Shown: positions 54,017-64,000 of the stretch, piece by piece | Numbering within the stretch: position 1 is the stretch's first letter | Layout: the number at the start of each line of letters is the position of its first letter | NCBI GenBank assembly: GCA_050084985.1 | Contig: JBITNC010000001.1 | Span: 185,566,001-185,630,000 of the forward strand | Length of the DNA: 64,000 nucleotides | Reading direction: 5' to 3' | Origin: Nageia nagi | Taxonomy: Eukaryota > Plantae > Pinophyta | Made by a program: the position numbers and the translations under genes | Notes under the pieces: model-generated | Database searches by the model: none | What the model was told of the DNA's origin: nothing | What the model saw: the letters and a program-made list of their open reading frames with translations, nothing else

Positions 54017-54559
54017 TGTCTTCACGTCGACCCTGACACATCAAATGTACATTCCTGCAAAAAAAACTTTGCGACGGTTTAATCGTGTGCGATTAGATCT
54101 CTAAAGTAAAATTGCAAATTTTTACTTACATTCAATATAGTAATATTAATTGCTTGTTAATTCTATTTATTATTTTATACTCAAGAATTCTAGATTTCAA
54201 TATCTAAGCATTTGAGAGTAAGTGTGATAAATCTATATGTGATTAGATAAGAAATGTGATAAGCAATCTATTTTTAGAGATCAACTATTTTTAGAGATCA
54301 CGTGGTATAGCAGTAGTTGATCATATTGGTAATATAATTATTTATGTTAAACACTGATCCATTTTTATAAGAATTTTTTGTAGTTAACTTGATTTTGCAT
54401 AATTACTAGATCCAAAAGTAAAATAGGGGAAAGAGATTTTATAGAAGACCCTAAAATTGGCTAGAGAATTTGGTTGGCAAATCAAATAAAAGCTACTGTG
54501 GCATTTTAATAAAGGCAAGAGTCATCTATTCTAAGATAAGGAGATGCTAATAATAATTT

Positions 54560-56434
54560 TGAAAAGGAACTTAAAAATATTAAAGTAGTTCTTCAACAAA
54601 TACCATTACAATTCTAAACCTGTAAAGAATAATAATACATAACTTAAAAGAATGATGTAAAAAGTGGTCACACATCTTGAAGTTGTTAATCAACATTTTG
54701 GGATGCATTATGAGGGTTCTCATAAAGAAAGATCAAGTAACAATGGCAAAATTAAAGGTGATAATCAAGAAGGTAAGGGATTTTACACTAATTCTCTTTC
54801 CACCTTTAAGAATTTACTCCTCAAATTAGATGTGAAATTTGATTTTCCTACTTTCAATAGTGAAGTTAATATTCAAAAACTTGACCATTGCTTAAAGCAT
54901 TTAGAAGTATATTATAAAGTTCAACGAATTATGGATGAGAAATCAATGATTCAATTGGATATTCTAAAGTTAGGAGAATAAACTCATATTTAGTGGAAGA
55001 GTTATTAGTTAGCTCAAATTCTCATCCTCCTATATCTACATGGGAAAATTTTTAAATCTTTTTGAGTGATCAATATTATCCTCTAAGTTATCTGGTAAAT
55101 GCAATTATGGAGTCATAAAAAATCTATCAATGTAAAGGAAAAAGTGTACAAGAATACACTATAGAGTTCAAAAAAGAAGAAAATATGCGAGGTATTCCTT
55201 GGAACATTGAAGATACTTTATTGAAGTACATTGATGCTTTTTAGAGTTATTTGAGACATACACTTCTTGTTTTTAATCCAAATGATTTAGATAAAGTATA
55301 TGTTCAAAATAGACATCTTGAGGCTCATGAAGAGAAACATGATTCCCAATCCAAAAAGAAAATCAATGCCTTGACGAAGAAGCATGAAAAGAAATCACAT
55401 TGTAACAAATACTAGCATGTGAAAGAAAAATATTGGAAGCTTCATGCTAAGTTAAAATTGATGCAATTTAAGGAAAGTTCCAATAAGAAGAATGTCATGA
55501 TCTCAAAAGGTAATGAGTTTCATAAAGATGAAAGCAATATGAATATGAAAGAGGCATATAAAATGATGAGAGGCTTGCTTGCATGGGTTTAAAATGGTCA
55601 TATTCAAAGGATGAAAAATAAAAATAAATTCAACTTTTTCACATCAAGGTACAAACAAAGAAGACTCATATTTATACTATTTTTAATTTAGGATCACAAA
55701 CAAATTATATTGTAGAAGAGTTGGTAAAAAAGTTAAAATTGAAGATTCATCCATATCCACGTAGATGAACGCATAAGAAGATGAAGATGCAAGTCACATC
55801 CAATGTAAGTTAAGGTTTTTAATTAATGATAATTTTATTGATGAAGTTGAGTTAGATGTATTTCCTCTTTATATTTATTGGCATAGTATTGATAAGTCCT
55901 TATATTTTTGTTAGGAAGGTTATTTTCTATTGGAAACAAAATAAATATCCCCTTGTGAAATATGAAAAATATCTTATTATGAAGTCTCATATAAGAAAAA
56001 ATGAATTTTTTTTTGCTATGCCAAGACAACTAAAAAGGTTGATTAATTCTTCTAGAAATCTAACACTTTTGATGATGAGATATTAAGAGATTAAGGAATG
56101 ATGCAATGGGGGTAATTTCTAACTATCAACAATAAAGAACAAGAAATCAAAATATCATATAAGGAAGACAAGTGATCAGAGACCCTTGAGACAACATGGT
56201 TTGTAGAGTACATAAGATTTTATGTATCCTAGAGGTAAAATAAAAATCTAACATCATGAAAGTTCTTACTTACATTTACAACAATCAGAGGACCTATACC
56301 AAGGAACCCATTAATCATTCCAATATATTATACATAGAAGTAAAGGTGGCATATGATGTCATTAGAGAAGATAGTCACTCATCCTTATTATTTCAAGCTT
56401 TTATGAGATCAAAACCTTTTTTAGTGGGGAGGAG
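54560..56434 (+). mobile_element. Decayed Gypsy (CRM/chromovirus-like) gag-protease followed by PPT
   Basis: KLDVKFDFPTFNSEVNIQKLDHCLKHLEVYY (ORF 54664-54981); SVQEYTIEF; LFHIKVQTKKTHIYTIFNLGSQTNYI (DSGSQ-type PR); PPT AGTGGGGAGGAG (56423-56434) then TGATCAC. Confidence 0.7.
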
Positions 56435-57550
56435 TGATCACAAATTAAAATTTAAAATAATAAAATAACTATCTCATTGTGTAGATATTCTTACCAATTC
56501 TGTGACACTTATTACGAGTCATAAACTAACTTTGTATGTGAATGTTACGAGCCTTCAAAGTTTGAAGGTTGGAAAGTAAAAATTACAAGGGAAATTTAAA
56601 TGTTTGGATGCAAATCAAATCAACCAAATGGACCTCATGCCATGCAAGAAACTAAGTCAATAGGTTGATTGGTCAATAAGATACTTGAAATCTATGTAGA
56701 AGGGGGAATAAATCACATGAAGGACACCAACTAGGATGATATCAAGATGATGTATAATCCACTAATCAAAGGAAGCATGCATAATATTTTTGAAACTTGT
56801 GCCACGTCATACTAAGCACATGTAAAGTTATTTTGACTATCCTTTGAATACATAGATTATTTTGACCATCATATAGTGATACCATATTTGGTTCACCTAA
56901 TACATGATATTCATTGTTATTTTAGTTTTGTAGTATTTGTTGATCCTATTTAATATTATTAAAATTGAATTATTATTAATTATTATTACTTATTAAAAAC
57001 TAAGTAGTATATTAGGTAAAATAAAAATATTCAAAATAAATAAAAATAAAATAAAATACTAAGAGACAAAAATATTTATTTTTGCATTAGTATCATAAGG
57101 GATGTATGTTATATAACTATATGTTTTGTAACCCTTTTAAGTTCTTAAACTATAGTAGAAGGCCATAAGGATTAGAGAAGAATATCTAAAGTTGAAGGAA
57201 AATATTCAAAAGTGAAGAGAAATTAAAAAAAGGAGTGAGTATAGAGATAAAAGAGTAAAATATAATTGTCACCTAAGTTTGAGAACTCAAAGAGGACCCC
57301 TTTAAAGTTCATAGTAGCTAGATTGTTATTCTCATCAGTGATATTATTGATCCTTTTGGAGGAAGTTCGATTGTATTATTCTATCACTAAATCATGAAAC
57401 CTTTTTCATTACTAGTGTTTTCTCCAAGTACTTTATTCCCTCGGGTAAAATTGGCATTTTCTTGTGGTGGTTTTCTCTCTCTTTTACTTTCATTTAATAT
57501 AAAAATATTAATTATTTATAATTTTGTTGTGATTTTTCATACTCAAGAAG
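56435..57550 (+). repeat. Probable 3' LTR of the preceding Gypsy; right end uncertain
   Basis: Starts TG immediately after the PPT; non-coding; no partner LTR seen in the window. Confidence 0.4.
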
Positions 57551-58679
57551 TATTTATTTTAAAATTTAAAGTAGTACTTAAGAGGCAAGGCTAATAAATC
57601 TTTATGTGATATGATAAGAAATGCCATATGTAACTTATCTTTATAGATGTTAGTTTTAGTCATGGACCCTAGGTCTAGATATATTTAATCAAATGTTATC
57701 AAATAAATTAAATACATTATAAAATTTAGATATAAGGAAAATATATTATATTAATTATATATTATATTGTACATTAGGTGTCCATTTTGGTATGGAAATA
57801 AGCTACCATGGTAGTGCTAAGATTTTAAGTGTAGATACAAATGCATCATACAAAATACTATGAATTTATTTTTCAGGGATCATAGGTATTAAGGTTTCAT
57901 TTCTCTCTTTCCATTTAACATGGTGTAAATTTATTACACATGTAGTTTTCAACAATATTATGTGTTATATATATGTGACATTACATAAATTAGTATCTTC
58001 AAATGATCTCCTATATAAGACATCTCTAATGAGCATATACTTTGAAGCTATAATTTTTTATATTATCCTTTTCTTCTTATCAAAACCTTTAGGGATTGTA
58101 CCATCTTTAAGGAAATCATATATGTTTTTGTATAATGCATCAAATGGAATCATAATACAAGAGTAAGTATTGTCATAAATAAAAATCAAACAAAGATATT
58201 CATTAAGTATATAAGAAGGGTTTTACAAATTATTAACAATCATAATGGCCTCCTTATCTTTAATGAGTGTGGGAGTCAAGGCTGATGCATTATACATGGA
58301 ATCAATAAACCTGTTACAATTCCTTGAAATACTCTTAATATTGACATTATAAAAATATCTTATGATCAAGTCCTTGATTTTGTACATAAAATTAATTATT
58401 CTTGATAAGGAACCAATCTCTTATCCTTTATGTTGCACATTTAATTAATTTAATTTATGAGAAACTGAGAATTGCTAAAGATATTGATGTTCTTTATATT
58501 GAAAAAAACAACATCCTTGATATAAAACAATGCAACTATTCCATATGATATGTGTTTTGGTACACCTATGATTTTGGCCTAAATGAATGAAATTAAAAAA
58601 AAATTAAGTATGTAATATCTAAGAGATTTAACTCAAATAAATATATATGATAAAAGGAAAATAATGGAATTGAGTATAA

Positions 58680-59354
58680 CAATAGTGCAATAATAGAACT
58701 AGGGTTCTATCAAATCAAGATAATTAAGTGAAAGCACACACTAAAGAGATAGAATCAAGTGTAAGATAAATACCTATGTATCCTTAGCAATTACTGATAT
58801 AAGTATATGTAGGATGAACTTATCAAAGATAAGTGACCTTGATATGCAAACCCCATGATAAATAATAGCAAGGATCTTTGTATGAGCATTAGGTCTCAAG
58901 ATCTCAATATGTACACATACACCAAGGCAAGTGCTAGCATTTTAGTAGGATGAGGTTCAACACCAATGATTGGTAACAATAGTGATGTTAATAAGTTGAG
59001 CCAAACATATGATCATGAAAATGGATTGATAAATATTTCTCAAGTGGTGAAAAGATTTCAATATCAATAAGTGGCATTTAGAAATACCCAAGAGTAGGGT
59101 ATCGAATATTGATATATAATCTTGCTCATGATTTCTATAGGTTAGACATACTTACATTATATAGGCATGATATTCCACTAATTGACCCATTGTAAGAAGG
59201 TTAAAGTAATTTTGATGTACCTAATATAAAATTAAGAACATAATATGAGAAATATGTAATAATAAGGTAAAATATGATGAAGTGCAATTAAATACGTATA
59301 TAATGTTACACCTAAGTAGGGCCACCTTAGGAGGACTAAATTTGGGTATCAATA
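58680..59354 (-). repeat. LTR fragment of the same family as 2310-2993
   Basis: Colinear similarity with 2310-2993, ending GGGTATCAATA. Confidence 0.65.
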
Positions 59355-59599
59355 GATGCCACCCTTGGCAAATGTAATGAAATAAGAACTTTCAAAATGA
59401 AATTATGCTTGCAAAGGAAGTAAAAGATAAAGAGAGGAAAATTTTGATACTTCCCTGGTTTAGCTTTAGAACTATCCAAATCATCAAGGAATGATAATCT
59501 ATATTACCCTCTCTTTGCCTTGGTTGTGAGATGTGATGAGACCAAATAATGGCCTCATTTTGATATAAAAATACTATTATTTAAATTCCATAAGAGATG

Positions 59600-62500
59600 C
59601 TCTAGTAATAGGATTGCATGTTTTAATATGTTTAAGTAGTCTAAATAGATTAAGATGTCATATTTTATCATTTACTAATATTTTATATTTTATGTGCAGC
59701 TAATGCTTTGTGTCTTTGTAAGAGCAATAAAATGGAAAAAAAGTTGTATCTCAATATTATTCAGACAAAACTCCATAATCATGTCTGGCACTTGAGTACT
59801 ACTAGCATAAGAATTGTAATCAACTTCAAAGTAGTATAGTCTTATAATCAAGCCTAATCAAGAAAGCTCAAAAATTCTATAATAGTTCATACTTTAGAAT
59901 CCTTTGAGAATATAAAAGCTTCAGAATTGGTACAAAGCTTTAGAATTGTTGATGCTTTAGAATTATCGAGCTTTAGAATAAGATGAAGCTTTAGAATGAT
60001 GACAAAGCTTCAAAATCATGTGAAATTTGGGGGAGAGCTTTCTTACAAAAATGGGTACTCATATATTTTTATAATTAAAAAAAAAAAAAGTAACGAGGGA
60101 GTTATGACCTTTGAAATTTTGGGTTCCAGATTTGATAGCTATTGAAGATTGGGTCAAAATAGAGATTGTATTACTAAAGAATAAGACTGAATTTGAATCT
60201 TTCCACTACAGATAAGGGCCAAATCAAAATGTTGATAATTTTAAGCACTAAACTTACTAAAAGTTATTAAAATTGATTAGTAGTGACTCATGTTGGATTT
60301 ATTCCATGTTGTAAATAGTTTACTATTAATAGAATAAACCTATACCTATACAAAAATATATATGATTAGTTTTATAAGATGAGACTATGGGAATTCAACA
60401 TTCTATTGTAAATATATTAGAATAAATAATACTTCTCAATGACTGAGGAGTTAGTTAGTCAGTTAGTTAGATAGATTAGATAATAGAGATAGTAATAGAC
60501 TTTTCTGATATATGATGGAATTATAAGGATTGAAGGAATAATAACCTGAAGTTCTTTTTAATCTTTTGATTCTTTTCTTAGGGAATTTTCTAATGAAGTT
60601 TGGATAGCTTTATTGGTATAGTTCACCTTGTATTTTTTATTTCCTTTGTGTATGTGATTTGTTTATTGTTATTGTTAATATTTTATGTCCCATTCATGTT
60701 ATATTTTTTGAGTTTATGCAACTGTATATTTGTTATTCTATTTTCATCTTAATTCCTACAAGTTATTTTATGCTTTCAAGATTATTTGAATTTCTAATTT
60801 CTATGAGTGTGATTTAAGAATTCATAGATATAAAATAGAGTCTCAATTGTATACAACCTTTGAACACCAACCTTGGATTGATAAATTAAGTGGTGGATTA
60901 ACATCTTACCATTTTTGGCATCATTATCAGGGAAGTTTCTTTATTATGTATGATGAGAATTGACTAAATCCTGTAGAATTGGAGTACCATCTCATTTGAT
61001 ATAATTGGTCCCTAAGTGTTGGAAAATGAGAGGTTCATTATGCATAGGGGGATAGAGTGTTAATTGATATTTATTCTTAGGAATTATTTAATGAGATTTT
61101 TTCTAGCACTATATAGAAGTAGTGTACTATCATACTTCCTAAAGCTAGGGGATACAATAGAATATGAAAGACTAGTTATGATCCTATTGACCATAAATAA
61201 TAAATTAATTAATACTGAGTACATTTTAGTGCTAAACCACAACTAAGTATCTTCATGGTTTCATGATCAAATATATGATTTGGCTATTCTTTGGATTCCA
61301 TTAAAGCTGGGCAGTCATTTGTAACTATCTATCTTTGAACTTTAAAAAGAACTATTAGTAAATTATGATTAGTAGATTAGGTTTTGATTTTATTTGATTA
61401 TTAATTATTAGATATAGAATTTATTTTTAAATGGGATCAAGAGCTATAACAAAATACGATAAAATCACCCAAGTTTGTATAGAGAATTTGAAGAAGAATG
61501 GAGGTTGAGAAAAATCAAGAAGCAATTATTTCTATAAAGGAAAATATAATTGATGATTACTATTCTACAAGAACTCCAATATGCAGTATTTGCAATCAAA
61601 ATCATTCAACTAATGATTTTAAGTATATTTCAATGATAAGAATAGCTTTACATAAATCACATATGCATATTGTTGAAGATTTTATTCTATAAGAGACAAC
61701 ACAAGAAGCCTTCATTTAGGGGTACCATTTTCAAGAAATCTATAGACAAGAGAAGAATGTGGCTAGTCAATCCAACATTTCCTATCCACTAACTTAATTA
61801 CCTCTTCTATTGAATCCCTCTATACCTAATAATATTGAAGAATCACACTTCAGTAATCCATTATTTGAGTCTATAACACCTTCATTTGCTCCATCTAATG
61901 TACAAAGTTTTCATATTCCAAATTCCATGTTTAAAACCTTTATGCAATCAACTTTTCTAATTTTCATTTTTATTATGATGGGTCATTCTTATGTTTAGCA
62001 AATGAAATACTAGCTTTAAGTTTATCACTCCTCAAAATTTTTATTCCATATACAAAATTAGGAAGTGATGTAACATTCTCCATGATTGTTCATTTGAGAG
62101 ATATGAATCATAGAATGAAAGCATAAAGTAGCATCATAAGTACATTAAAGGAGCAACTTTAGTACATAAGACATGATATGTATGCAACCATCAGAACAAG
62201 GTATGGATAAACAATAGAATTTGATAAATTAATTTTCCTTTACTCAAGATTAATTTACTATTTTTCAAAGTCTTGATATATAGAAGAGAGGTCTTGTTAT
62301 ATTTGGAAGGTTCATACAAAATTAAGATGTTAGCAAATTATTAGTAATAGAGTGGTTGTACTTTGTATTGATATGCATTTCATATTTAGATAAAACATAA
62401 AAATATATGGTGAAACTCTATCTTCTTGTTGCTAACATTTTCTAGCATCAAAGTTTCTTTAGCATAAGAGTCTCTCAAGTACTTGGATTCTTTAGATATA

Positions 62501-64000
62501 TAGATTTTCTAAATAAGACTTGAAGTCAACATGTTGAAGCTCAAATCAGTGGAAGGCACAAAGGAAATGCATTTCTTAGATAGAGCAATCAAAAATCAAC
62601 TTCAACAACTCAGAGTATTACTTGGAAGCAAAAATAAAATATCATATTGAATAGTAAATCATAGATTATAAAATATATAGATCTCTAGAGTTTTTAAAAT
62701 ACAAAGAACTCATAATCTAAAATATAACAAACTTAAGTTTAATATAACTCCAATTAGAAACATAGATTAATTTGAGTAGAAATTTTCTAATTTGTTCAAG
62801 TTAGTTGGAGTATGGATGGAAATCAACCATGTTGGTAGTTATGCACGTGAAAATCAACTTGCTGGTGGTTGCATAGGTAAAAACCAACTAGGTTGGAAGT
62901 CATATTACAAAGAAGAAGAAATAAAAAAGAAGAAGAGAAAACATTAGTTGGTAGCCTCATGGGTGAAAACCAACTTCATCATAGATACATAGTTGCATAA
63001 TTCATAACATGATGACATCTACAAGAAGAAATAATAATTCCTAGGGAATGAACAGAAGAAGAATAAAGTTCCTCTAGGAATGCTTATGTTAGTTTTAATA
63101 GGCATGCATCTTATTTTCTATTTTAGATCTAGTTAGAATGTTGTAAATATGTATTTTTTTACTTTAATATTCTTTGGCATTAGACAACATTGGGTGTTTA
63201 ATTCAATCTTAATAATGTGACAACCATACTTGAGTATTTTGTGGGGTCAATAGAATCTAATGAATTACAAAATATCAATGTTTTAAGAAGTCCTTCCATT
63301 GTGACCATTAATGAGGTGTTGTGAGTTCTTAATGTACAAGTTTTGTTAAGTTTACACTTCATTAATATCACATTCCAAAGGATTCACACTTCACTCCTTC
63401 AGTATATATATGGTTGTTATACATTCTTCAGATAGCTATTATTAGAGTATTGAAGATTGGTACTTGAAACTATTTATATTATAGTACCCTCTTAATATTT
63501 TATATGATAATTTATAATTTGCATGAGAACATGCCAATCTTCAAGTGTGGGAGAAAAGGTCATCATATCATATCTTCAATATTTAGAATCAAAATATGAT
63601 GTGTGGTATGGATAGTTCAATAGAATAAGGCAATAATTATAGAGGAAATGCTTCCAAATATAGAAAATATTGTAGTTGTAAAGAATTCAATTCATATATA
63701 GAACAATGATCACAAAATAAAACTTTTTTTTTGGAGTAATGAAGTTTAAAAAGCAAGTTCTTTGACACTATGGACATCTTCAATCTTGGATATGATAGTT
63801 CCAATTTGCATGAGGACATGTAAATGTCTAAGTTGGGGGGAGTTTAAATGTATTTGAGAGTGTGGATAGTTAATATTATCTATCATAAGTCATTTCCAAT
63901 TGAAAAAAATTAAAAAAAACTCCTAAAAAATTTGACTCTAATTGTCATTTTTCAAACTTTTCTTTATTATGTTAAAATTGTCAAAATGTCATTTTGTAGA
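59600..64000 (+). mobile_element. Decayed Athila-like element (LTR-like ~59600-61080, gag-like relic, purine tracts near the end)
   Basis: Shares motifs with 46731-48705 (TTTCCTTTGTG, TTAATTCCTACAA, GATTGATAAAT, TTGGAGTAC, AGGTTCAT); ICSICNQNHSTND in ORF 61498-61692; AAGTGTGGGAG (63543) and AAGTTGGGGGGAG (~63830). Confidence 0.45.
59916..60018. repeat. Minisatellite, ~6 x GCTT(C/T)AGAAT core, 16-20 bp period
   Basis: Read directly from the sequence. Confidence 0.85.

Noticed and set aside
54299-54304. G-box CACGTG upstream of the phosphatase
   Set aside because: A single hexamer at the edge of a 17-bp duplication; not distinguishable from chance.

Overview
Plant nuclear DNA, very AT-rich (roughly 30% GC by eye) and CpG-depleted. 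It consists mostly of nested, decayed LTR retrotransposons. A gymnosperm origin is inferred from the Tat lineage architecture and the heavy C>T/G>A decay. Main components: (1) a nest at 1-21.5 kb in which an old + strand Gypsy gag was interrupted by a ~3.0 kb gag-protease-only Copia (3117-17998), itself interrupted by an 11.9 kb Tat-type Gypsy (4246-16111) with an extra RNase H between protease and RT and a long 3' extra ORF; both junctions rejoin in frame when the inserts are removed; (2) a fairly young full-length Copia (22661-29124, 249-bp LTRs, 8 mismatches) whose 1.8-kb leader holds a decayed acidic extra ORF with two SIM-like motifs; (3) an internally deleted Copia (30039-36213) carrying a GC-rich array of 8 short hairpins; (4) a 4.2-kb LTR element with a perfect TSD, a tRNA-Trp-like PBS and only aRH plus integrase (37436-41618); (5) Athila-like LTRs and further Copia, Gypsy and possible LINE debris. 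The only host gene is a three-exon HAD-IIIB acid phosphatase (- strand, 52883-53793) with a frameshift and a premature stop, so probably a pseudogene. No rRNA, tRNA or CRISPR features were found. All alignments and translations were done by eye.
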